From the human T2T-CHM13v2.0 reference genome, Homo sapiens: a stretch of DNA of 64,000 nucleotides. The stretch's first letter is position 1. The number at the start of each line of letters is the position of its first letter. The stretch is from NCBI RefSeq assembly GCF_009914755.1, contig NC_060937.1; one strand, 5' to 3'. This document shows positions 49,601 through 63,670 of this stretch, piece by piece. The position numbers and the translations under genes were made by a program. The notes beneath the pieces were generated by a model. It saw nothing but the letters and a program-made list of their open reading frames with translations, made no database searches and was not told the DNA's origin.

Positions 49601-52600
49601 CTGTACATAAAATATGAAATTACATCAAATATATATCTTATTAGGTACATAAAATATGAAAGTACATCAAATATAGATTATATACTGTATATTAAATACC
49701 AAAGTACCCCAAATATATATTTTATACTGTACATGAAATATCAAAGTTCACAAACTGTATATTATATACTGTACACAAAATATCAAAGTACCCAAGGTAT
49801 ATATTCTGTACTATACAAAAAATATCAAAGTACCCAAAGCATGTATTATATTACTGTATATAAAATATGAAAATACATTAAATATATATTTTATTCTGTA
49901 CATGAAATATCAAAGTACACCAGATATATATTCTATAGTGTTGATAAAATAACAAAGTACACAAACTATAAATTATATACTGTACATAAAATATGAAATT
50001 TCATCAAATATATATTAGGTACATAAAATATGAAAGTACATCAAATATAGATTATATACTGTACATATAATATCAATGTACCCGAAATATATATTTTATA
50101 CTCTACATGAAATATCAAAGTTCACAAACCATACATTATATACTGTACATAAAATATCAAAGTACCCAAGGTATATATTCTATACTATAAAAAATATCAA
50201 AGTACCCAAAGCATGTATTATATACTGTACATAAAATATGAAAGTACATCAAATATATATTTTATTCTGTACATAAAATATCAAAGTACACCAGATATAT
50301 ATTATATAGTGTACATAAAATATCAAAGTACCCAAACTATACATTATATACTGTACATAAAATATGAAATTACATCAAATATATATTAGGTACATAAAAT
50401 ATGAAAGTACATCAAATATAGGTTATATACTGTATATTAAATACCAAAGTACCCCAAATATATATTTTATACTGTACATGAAATATCAAAGTTCACAAAA
50501 TGTATATTATATACTGTACACAAAATATCAAAGTACCCAAGGTATATATTCTATACTATACAAAAAATATCAAAGTACCCAAAGCATGTATTATATACTG
50601 TATATAAAATATGAAAATACATTAAATATATATTTTATTCTGTACATGAAATATCAAAGTACACCAGATATATATTCTATAGTGTTGATAAAATAACAAA
50701 GTACACAAACTATAAATTATATACTGTACATAAAATATGAAATTTCATCAAATATATATTAGGTACATAAAATATGAAAGTACATCAAATATAGATTATA
50801 TACTGTACATATAATATCAATGTACCCCAAATATATATTTTATACTCTACATGAAATATCAAAGTTCACAAACCATACATTATATACTGTACATAAAATA
50901 TCAAAGTACCCAAGGTATATATTCTATACTGTACAAAAAATATCAAAATACCCAAAGCATGTATTATATACTGTACATAAAATATGAAAGTACATCAAAT
51001 ATATATTTTATTCTGTACATAAAATATCAAAGTACACCAGATATATATTATATAGTGTACATAAAATATCAAAGTACCCAAACTATACATTATATACTGT
51101 ACATAAAATATGAAATTACATCAAATATATATTAGGTACATAAAATATGAAAGTACATCAAATATAGATTATATACTGTACATAAAATATCAAAGTACCC
51201 CAAATATATATTATATACTGTACATGAAATATCAAAGTTCACAAACTATATATTATATACTGTACATAAAATACCAAAGTACCCAGGTATATATTCTATA
51301 CTGTACAAAAAATATCAAAGTACCCAAAGCATGTATTATATACTGTACATAAAATATGAAAGTACATCAAATATATATTTTATTCTGTACATAAAATATC
51401 AAAGTACCCCAGATATATATTCTATAATGTACATAAAATAACAAAGTACACAAACTATAAATTATATACTGTACATAAAATATGAAATTACATCAAATAT
51501 ATATTAGGTACATAAAATATGAAAGTACATCCAATATAGATTATATATTGTACATATAATATCAATGTACACCAAATATATATTTTATACTCTACATGAA
51601 ATATCAAAGTTCACAAACCATATATTATATACTGTACATAAAATATCAAAGTACACAAGGTATATATTCTATAATGTACAAAAAATATCAAAGTACCCAA
51701 AGCATGTATTATATACTGTACATAAAATATGAAAGTACATCAAATATATATTTTATTCTGTACATAAAATATCAAAGTACACCAGATATATATTCTATAG
51801 TGTACATAAAATATCAAAGTACCCAAACTATACATTATATACTATACATAAAATATGAAATTACATCAAATATATATTATATTAGGTACATAAAATATGA
51901 AAGCACATCAAATATAGATTGTATACTGTACATTAAATAACAAAGTACCCCAAATATATATTTTATACTGTACATCAAATATCAAAGTTCACAAACTATA
52001 TATTATATACTGTACATAAAATATCAAAGTACCCAAGGTATATATTCTATACTGTACAAAAAATATCAAAGTACCCAAAGCATGTATTATATACTGTACA
52101 TAAAATATGAAAGTACATCAAATATATATTTTATACTGTACATAAAACATCAAAGTACACCAGATATATATTCTATAGTGTACATAAAATATAAAAGTAC
52201 CCAAACTATACATTATATACTGTACATAAAATATGAAATTACATCAAATATATATTATATTAGGTACATAAAATATGAAAGTACATCAAATATAGATTAT
52301 ATACTGTACATAAAATATCAAAGTACCCCAAATATATATTATATACTCTACATGAAATATCAAAGTTCACAAACTATATATTATATACTGTACATAAAAT
52401 ATCAAAGTACCCAAGGTATATATTCTATACTGTACAAAAAATATCAAAGTATCCAAAGCATGTATTATATACTGTATATATAATATGAAATTAAATTAAA
52501 TATATATTTTATTCTGTACATAAAATATCAAAGTACACAAGATATATATTCTATAGTGTACATAAAATAACAAAGTACACAAACTATAAATTATATACTG

Positions 52601-55600
52601 TACATAAAATATGAAATTACATCAAATATATATTAGGTACATAAAATATGAAAGTACATCAAATATAGATTATATACTGTACATAAAATATCAATGTACC
52701 CCAAATATATATTTTACACTCTACATGAAATATCAAAGTTCACAAACCATATATTATATACTGTACATAAAATATCAAAGTACCCAAGGTATATATTCTA
52801 TACTATACAAAAAATATCAAAGTTCCCAAAGTTAGTATTATATACCGTACATAAAATATGAAAGTACATCAAATATATATTTTATTCTCTACATAAAATA
52901 TGAATGTACACAAGATATATATTTTATATATAATATAAATACATAAGTACATAAAATATCAAAGTACACAAACTATATATTATGTACTGTACATAAAATA
53001 TGAAATTTCATCAAATATATATTAGGTACATTAAATATGAAAGTACATCAAATATAGATTATATGCTGTACATTAAATACCAAAGTACCCCAAATATACA
53101 TTTTATACTGTACGTGAAATATCAATGTTCACAAACTATATATTATATACTGTACATAAAATATCAAAGTACCCAAGGTATATATTCTATACTGTACAAA
53201 AAATATCAAAGTACCCAAAGCATGTATTATATACTGTACATAAAATATGAAAGTACATCAAATATATATTTTATTGTGTACATAAAATATCAAAGTACAC
53301 CAGATATATATTCTAAAGTGTGCATAAAATATCAAAGTACCCAAACTATACATTATATAGTGTACATAAAAAATGAAATTACATCAAATATGTATTATAT
53401 TAGGTACATAAAATATGAAAGTACATCAAATATAGATTACATACTGTACATTAAATACCAAAGTACCCCAAATATATATTTTATACTGTACATGTAATAT
53501 CAAAGTTCACAAACTATATATTATATACTGTACATAAAATATCAAAGTACCCAAGGTATATATTATATACTGTACAAAAAATATCAAAGTCCCAAAAGCA
53601 TGTATTATATACTGTACATAAAATATGAAAGTACATCAAATATATATTTTATTCTGTACATAAAATATCAAAGAACACCAGATATATATTCTATAGTGTA
53701 CATAAAATATCAAAGTACCCAAACTATACATTATATACTGTACATAAAATATGAAATTACATCAAATATATTTTATATTAGGTACATAAAATATGAAAGT
53801 ACATCAAATATAGATTATATACTGTACATTAAATACCAAAGTATCCCAAATATGTATTTTATACTCTACATGAAATATCAAAGTTCACAAACTATATATT
53901 CTATACTGTACATATAATATCAAAGTACCCAAGGTATATATTCTATACTGTACAAAAAATAACAAATTACCAAAAGCATGTATTATATACTGTACCTAAA
54001 ATATGAAAGTACTTCAAATATATATTTTATTCTGTACATAAAATATCAAAGTACACCAGATATATATTCTATAGTGTACCTAAAATATCAAAATACCCAA
54101 GCTATACATTATATACTGTACATAAAATATGAAATTACATCAAATATATATTATATTAGTTACATAATATATGAAAGTACATCAAATATAGATTATACAC
54201 TGTACATAAAATATCAAGGTACCCCAAATATATATTATATACTCTACATGAAATATCAAAGTTCACAAACTATATATTATATACTGTACATAAAATATCA
54301 AAGTACCCAAGGTATATATTCTATACTGTACAAAAAATATCAAAGTACCCAAAGCATGTATAATATACTGTACATAAAATATGAAAGTACATCAAATATA
54401 TATTTTATTCTGTACATAAAATATCAAAGTACACCAGATATGTATTCTATAGTGTACATAAAATAGCAAAGTACACAAATTATATACTGTACATAAAATA
54501 TGAAATTACATCAAATATATATTAGGTACATAAAATATGAAAGTACATCAAATATAGATTATATACTGTACATAAAATATCAATGTACCCCAAATATATA
54601 TTTTATACTCTACATGAAATACCAAAGTTCACAAACCATATATTATATACTGTACATAAAATATCAAAGTACCCAAGGTATATATTCTATACTATACAAA
54701 AAATATCAAAGTACCCAAAGCATGTATTATATACTGTACATAAAATATGAAAGTACATCAAATATATATTTTATTCTGTACATAAAATATCAAAGTACAC
54801 CAGATATATATTCTATACTGTACATAAAATAACAAAGTACACAAACTATAAATTATATACTGTACATAAAATATGAAATTACATCAAATATATATTAGGT
54901 ACATAAAATATGAAAGTACATCAAATATAGATTATATACTGTACGTAACATATCAATGTACCGCAAATATATATTTTATACTCTACATGAAATATCAAAG
55001 TTCACAAACCATATATTATATACTGTACATAAAATATCAAAGTACCCAAGGTATATATTCTATACTATACAAAAAATATCAAAGTACCCAAAGCATGTAT
55101 TATATACTGTACATAAAATATGAAAGTACATCTAATATATATTTTATTCTGTACATATAATATCAAAGTACACCAAATATATATTATATACTGTACATGA
55201 AATATCAAAGTTCATAAACCATATATTATATACTGTACATAAAATATGAAATTACATCAAATATATATTATATTAGGTACATAAAATATGAAAGTACATC
55301 AAATATAGATTATATACTGTACATAAAATATCAAAGTACCCCAAATATAGATTATATACTCTACAGGAAATATCAAAGTTCACAAACCATATATTATATA
55401 CTGTACATAAAATATCAAAGTACCCAAGGTATATATTCTATACTGTACAAAAAATATCAAAGTACGCAAAGCATGTATTATATACTGTACATAAAATATG
55501 AAAGTACATCAAATATATATTTTATCCTGTACATAAAATATCAAAGTACACCAGATACATATTCTATAGTGTACATAAAATATCAAAGTACCCAAACTAT

Positions 55601-57340
55601 ACATTATTTACTGTACATAAAATATGAAATTTCATCAAATAGATATTATATTAGGTACATAAAATATGAAAGTACATCAAATATAGATTATATACTGTAC
55701 ATTAAATACCAAAGTACCCCAAATATATATTTTATACTGTACATGAAATATCAAAGTTCACACACTATATATTATATACTGTACATAAAATATCAAAGTA
55801 CCCAACGTATATATTCTATACTGTACAAAAAATATCAAAGTACCCAAAGCATGTATTATATACTGTACATAAAATATGAAAGTAAATCAAATATATATTT
55901 TATTCCGTACATAAAATTTCAAAGTACACCAGATATATATTCTATAGCGTACATAAAATATCAAAGTACACAAACTATACATTATATACTGTACATAAAA
56001 TATGAAATTACATCAAACATATATTATATTAGGTACATAAAATATGAAAGTACATCAAATATAGATTATATACTGTACATTAAATACGAAAGTACCCCAA
56101 ATATATATTATATACTCTACATGAAATATCAAAGTTCACAAACTATATATTATATACTGTACATAAAATATCAAAGTACCCAAGGTATATATTCTATACT
56201 GTACAAAAAATATAAAAGTACCCAAAGCATGTATTATATACTGTACATAAAATATGAAAGTACATCAAATATATATTTTATTCTGTACATAAAATATCAA
56301 AGTACACCAGATATATATTCTATAGTGTACATAAAATATCAAAGTACCCAAACTATACATTATATACTGTACATAAAATATGAGATTACATCAAATATAT
56401 ATTATATTAGGTACATAAAATATGAAAGTACATCAAATATAGATTATATACTGTACATAAAATATCAAAGTACCCCAAATATATATTACATACTCTACAT
56501 GAAATATCAAAGTTCACACACTATATATTATATACTGTACATAAAATATCAAAGTACCCAAGGTATATATTCTATACTGTACCAAAAATATCAAAGTACC
56601 CAAAGCATGTATTATATTCTGTATATAAAATATGAAAGTACATCAAATATATATTTTATTCTGTACATAAAATATCAAAGTACACCAGATATATATTCTA
56701 TAGTGTACATAAAATAACAAAGTACACAAACTATAAATTTTATACTGTACATAAAATATGAAAGTACATCAAATATATATTAGGTACATAAAATATGAAA
56801 GTACATCAAATATAGATTATATACTGTACATATAATATCAATGTACCCCAAATATATATTTTATTCTCTACATGAAATATCAAAGTTCACAAACCATATA
56901 TTATATACTGTACATAAAATATCAAAGTAACAAAGGTATATATTCTATACTGTACAAAAAATATCAAAGTACCCAAAGCATGTATTATATACTGTACATA
57001 AAATATGAAACTACATCAAATATATATTTTATTCTGTACATAAAATATCAAAGTACACCAGATATATATTCTATAGTGTACATAAAATAACAAAGTACAC
57101 AAACTATAAATTATATACTGTATATAAAATATGAAATTACATCAAATATATATTAGGTACATAAAATATGAAAGTACATCAAATATAGATTATATACTGT
57201 ACAAAATGTATCAATGTACCACAAATATATATTTTATACTCTACATGAAATATCAAAGTTCACAAACCATATCTTATATACTGTACATAAAATATCAAAG
57301 TACCCAAGGTATATATTCTATACTGTACAAAAAATATCAA
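40690..57340 (+). repeat. Right copy of the large intra-array duplication
   Basis: Matching ORF pairs: 15455/40978, 16206/42100, 17571/43465, 19780/45674, 20560/52082, 22266/53000, 23614/53978, 25109/55473, 26881/56872, 27140/57131. Confidence 0.88.
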
Positions 57341-59929
57341 AGTACCCAAAGCATGTATTATATACTGTACATAAAATATGAAAGTACATCAAATATATAT
57401 TTTATTCTGTACATAAAATATCAAAGTACACCAGATATATATTCTATAGGGTACATAAAATATCAAAGTACCCAAACTATACATTATATACTGTACATAA
57501 AATATGAAATTACATCAAATATATTTTATATTAGGTACATAAAATATGAAAGTACATCAAATATAGATTATATACTGTACATTAAATACCAAAGTACACC
57601 AAATATATATTTTATACTGTACATGAAATATCAAAGTTCACAAACTATATATTATATGCTCTACATGTAATATCAAAGTACCCGAGGTATATATTCTATA
57701 CTGTACAAAAAATAACAAAGTACCAAAAGCATGTATTATATACTGTACCTAAAATATGAAAGTACATCAAATATATATTTTATTCTGTACATAAAATATC
57801 AAAGTACACCAGATATATATTCTATAGTGTACATAAAATATCAAAGTACCCAAACTATACATTATATACTGTACATAAAATATGAAATTACATCAAATAT
57901 ATATTATATTAGGTACATAAAATATGAAAGTACATCAAATATATATTTTATTCTGTACATAAAATATCAAAGTACACCAGATATATATTCTATAGTGTAC
58001 ATAAAATATCAAAGTACCCAAACTAAACATTATATACTGTACATAAAATATGAAATTACATCAAATATATTTTATATTAGGTACATAAAATATGAAAGTA
58101 CATCAAATATAGATTATATACTGTACATTAAATACCAAAGTACCCCAAATATATATTTTATACTGTACATGAAATATCAAATTTCACAAACTATATATTA
58201 TATACTGTACATATAATATCAAAGTACCCAAGGTATATATTCTATACTGTACAAAAAATAACAAAGTACCAAAAGCATGTATTATATACTGTACCTAAAA
58301 TATGAAAGTACATCAAATATATATTTTATTCTGTACATAAAATATCAAAGTACACCAGATATATATTCTATAGTGTACAAAAAATATCAAAGTACCCAAA
58401 CTATACATTATATACTGTAAATAAAATACGAAATTACATCAAATATATTTTATATTACGTACATAAAATATGAAAGTACATCAAATATATATTTTATTCT
58501 GTACATAAAATATCAAAGTACACCAGATATATATTCTATAGTGTACATAAAATATCAAAGTACCCAAACTATACATTATATAATGTACATAAAATATGAA
58601 ATTACATCAAATATATTTTATATTAGGTACATAAAATATGAAAGTACATCAAATATATATATTATTCTGTACATAAAATATCAAAGTACACCAGATATAT
58701 GTTCTATAGTGTACATAAAATATCAAAGTACCCAAACTAAACATTATATACTGTACATAAAATATGAAATTACATCAAATATATTTTATATTAGGTACAT
58801 AAAATATGAAAGTACATCAAATATAGATTATATACTGTACATTAAATACCAAAGTACCCCAAATATATATTTTATACTGTACATGAAATATCAAAATACA
58901 CAAACTATATATTATATACTGTACATAAAATATCAAAGTACCCAAGGTATATATTCTATACTGTACAAAAAATAACAAAGTACCAAAAGCATGTATAATA
59001 TACTGTACATAAAATATGAAAGTACATCAAATATATATTTTATTCTGTACATAAAATATCAAAGTACACCAGATATATATTCTATAGTGTACATAAAATA
59101 TCAAAGTACCCAAACTATACATTATATACTGTACATAAAATATGAAATTACATCAAATATATTTTATATTAGGTACATAAAATATGAAAGTACATCAAAT
59201 ATAGATTATATACTGTACATTAAATACCAAAGTACCCCAAATATATATTTTATACTGCACATGAAATATCAAAATACACTAACTATATATTATCTACTGT
59301 ACATTAAATATCAAAGTACCCAAGGTATATATTCTATACTGTACAAAAAATAACAAAATACCAAAAGCATGTATAATATACTGTACATAAAATATGAAAG
59401 TACATCAAATATATATTTTATTCTGTACATAAAATATCAAAGTACACCAGATATATATTCTATAGTGTACATAAAATATCAAAGTACCCAAACTATAAAT
59501 TATATACTGTACATAAAATATGAAATTACATCAAATATATTTTATATTAGGTACATAAAATATAAAAGTACATCAAATATAGATTATATAGTGTACATAA
59601 AATATCAATGTACCCCAAATATATATTTTATACTCTACATGAAATATCAAAGTTCACAAACCATATATTATATACTGTACATAAAATATCAAAGTACCCA
59701 AGGTATATATTCTATACTGTACAAAAAATATCAAAGTACCCAAAGCATGTATTATATACTGTACGTAAAATATGAAAGTACATGAATTATATATTTTATA
59801 CTGTACATAAAATATCAAAGTACACCAGGTATATATTCTATAGTGTACATAAAATAACAAAGTACCCAAACTATACATTATATACTGTACATAAAATATG
59901 AAATTACATCAAATATATATTATATTAGG

Positions 59930-62900
59930 TACATAAAATATGAAAGTACATCAAATATAGATTATATACTGTACATTAAATACCAAAGTACCCCAAATAT
60001 ATATTTTATACTGTACATGAAATATCAAAGTTCACAAACTATATATTATATACTGTACATAAAATATCAAAGTACCAAGGTATATATTCTATACTGTACA
60101 AAAAATATCAAAGTACCAAAAGCATGTATTAAATACTGTACATAAAATATGAATGTACATCAAATATATATTTTATTCTGTACATAAAATATGAAAGTAC
60201 ACCAGAAATATATTCTATAGTGTACATAAAATATCAAAGTACCCAAACTATACATTATATACTGTACATAAAATATGAAATTACATCAAATATATATTAT
60301 ATTAGGTACATAAAATATGAAAGTACATCAAATATAGATTATATACTGTACATTAAATATCAAAGTACGCCAAATATATATTATATACTGTACATGAAAT
60401 ATCAAAGTTCACAAACTATATATTGTATACTGTACATAAAATATCAAAGTACCAAAGGTATATATTCTATACTGTACAAAAAGTATCAAAGTACCCAAAG
60501 CATGTATTATATACTGTATATAAAATATGAAAGAACATCAAATATATATTTTATTCTGTACAGAAAATATCAAAGTACACCAGATATATATTCTATAGTG
60601 TACATAAAATAACAAAGTACACAAACTATAAATTATATGCTGTACATAAAATATGAAATTACATCAAATATATATTAGGTACATAAAATATGAAAGTACA
60701 TCAAATATAGATTCTATACTGTACATATAATATCAATATACCCCAAATATATATTTTATACTCTACATGAAATATCAACGTTCACAAACCATATATGATG
60801 TACTGTACATAAAATGTCAAAGTACCCAAGGTATATATTCTATACTGTACAAATAATATCAAAGTACCCAAAGCATGTCTTATATACTGTACATAAAATA
60901 TGAAAGTACATCAAATATATATTTTATTCTGTACATAAAATATCAAAGTACACCAGATATATAATCTATAGTGTACATAAAATATCAAAGTTCCCAAACT
61001 ATACATTATATAATGTACATAAAATATGAAATTACATCAAATATATATTAGGTACATAAAATATGAAAGTACATCAAATATAGATTATATACTGTACATA
61101 AAATATCAAAGTACCCCAAATATATTTTAAATACTGTAATGAAATATCAAATTTCACAAACTATATATTATATACTGTACAAAAATATCAAAGTACCCAA
61201 GGTATATATTCTATACTGTACAAAAAATATCAAAGTACCCAAAGCATGTATTATATACTGTAGATAAAATATGAAAGTACATCAAATATGTATTTTATTC
61301 TGTACATAGAATATCAAAGTACACCAGATATATATTCTATAGTGTACATAAAATAACAAAGTACACAAACTATACATTATATACTGTACATAAAATATGA
61401 AATTACATCAAATATATATTAGTTACATAAAATATGAAAGTACATCAAATATAAATTATATACTGTACATAAAATATCAATGTACTCCAAATATATATTT
61501 TATACTCTACTTGAAATATCAGAGTTCACAAACCATATATTATATACTGTACATAAAATATCAAAGTACCCAAGGTATATATTCTATACTGTACAAAAAA
61601 TGTCAAAGTACCCAAGGCATGTATTATATACTGTACATAAAATATGAAAGTACATCAATTATATATTTTATTCTGTACATAAAATATCAAAGTACACCAG
61701 GTATATATTCTATAGTGTACATAAAATAACAAAGTACCCAAACGATACATTATATACTGTACATAAAATATGAAATTACATGAAATATATACTATATTAG
61801 GTACATAAATTATGAAAGTAGATCAAATATAGATTATATACTGTACATTAAATACCAAAGTACCCCAAATATATATTTTATACTGTACATGAAATATCAA
61901 AGTTCACAAACTATATATTATATACTGTACATAAAATATCAAAGTACCCAAGGTATATATTCTATACTGTACAAAAAATATCAAAGTACCAAAAGCATGT
62001 ATTATATACTGTACATAAAATATGAATGTACATCAAATATATATTTTATTCTGTACATAAAATATGAAAGTACACCAGATATATATTCTATAGTGTACAT
62101 AAAATATCAAAGTACCCAAACTATACATTATATACTGTACATAAAATATGAAATTACATCAAATATATATTATATTAGGTACATAAAATATGAAAGTACA
62201 TCAAATATAGATTATACACTGTACATTAAATATCAAAGTACGCCAAATATATATTATATACTCTACATGAAATATCAAAGTTCACAAACTATATATTATA
62301 TACTGTACATAAAATATCAAAGTACCCAAGGTATATATTCTATACTGTACAAAAAGTATCAAAGTACCCAAAGCATGTATTATATACTGTATATAAAATA
62401 TGAATGTACATCAAATATATATTTTATTCTGTACAGAAAATATCAAAGTACACCAGATATATATTCTATAGTGTACATAAAATAACAAAATACACAAACT
62501 ATAAATTATATACTGTACATAAAATATGAAATTACATCAAATATATATTAGGTACATAAAATATGAAAGTACATCAAATATAGATTCTATACTGTACATA
62601 TAATATCAATGTACCCTAAATATATATTTTATACTCTACATGAAATATCAAAGTTCACAAACCATATATTATATACTGTACATAAAATGTCAAAGTACCC
62701 AAGGTATATATTCTATACTGTACAAATAATATCAAAGTACCAAAAGCATGTATTATATACTGTACATAAAATATGAAATTACATCAAATATATATTTTAT
62801 TCTGTACATAAAATATCAAAGTACACCAGATATATAATCTATAGTGTACATAAAATATCAAAGTTCCCAAACTATACATTATATAATGTACATAAAATAT

Positions 62901-63670
62901 GAAATTACATCAAATATATATTAGGTACATAAAATATGAAAGTACATCAAATATAGATTATATACTGTACATAAAATATCAAAGTACCCCAAATATATTT
63001 TATATACTGTAATGAAATATCAAATTTCACAAACTATATATTATATACTGTACATAAAATATCAAAGTACCCAAGGTATATATTCTATACTGTACAAAAA
63101 ATATCAAAGTACCCAAAGCATGTATTATATACTGTAGATAAAATATGAAAGTACATCAAATACGTATTTTATTCTGTACATAGAATATCAAAGTACACCA
63201 GATATATATTCTATAGTGTACATAAAATAACAAAGTACACAAACTATACATTATATACTGTACATAAGATATGAAATTACATCAAATATATATTAGGTAC
63301 ATAAAATATGAAAGTACATCAAATATAGATTATATACTGTACATAAAATATCAATGTACCCCAAATATATATTTTATACTCTACTTGAAATATCAGAGTT
63401 CACAAACCATATATTTTATACTGTACATAAAATATCAAAGTACCCAAGGTATATATTCTATACTGTACAAAAAATGTCAAAGTACCCAAGGCATGTATTA
63501 TATACTGTACATAAAATATGAAAGTACATCAATTATATATTTTATTCTGTACATAAAATATCAAAGTACACCAGATATATATTCTATAGTGTACATAAAA
63601 TATCAAAGTACCCAAACTATACATTATATACTGTACATAAAATATGAAATTACATCAAATATATATTATA
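59930..63670 (+). repeat. Tandem duplication of a ~1874-bp (5-HOR) diverged block
   Basis: ORF pair 61397/63271 (offset 1874) and ORF ends 60612/62485 (offset 1873). Shared private variants include GTACAGAAAA, ACTGTAATGAA, TGTAGATAAA and TGTCAAAGTACCCAAGGCATG. Confidence 0.85.
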
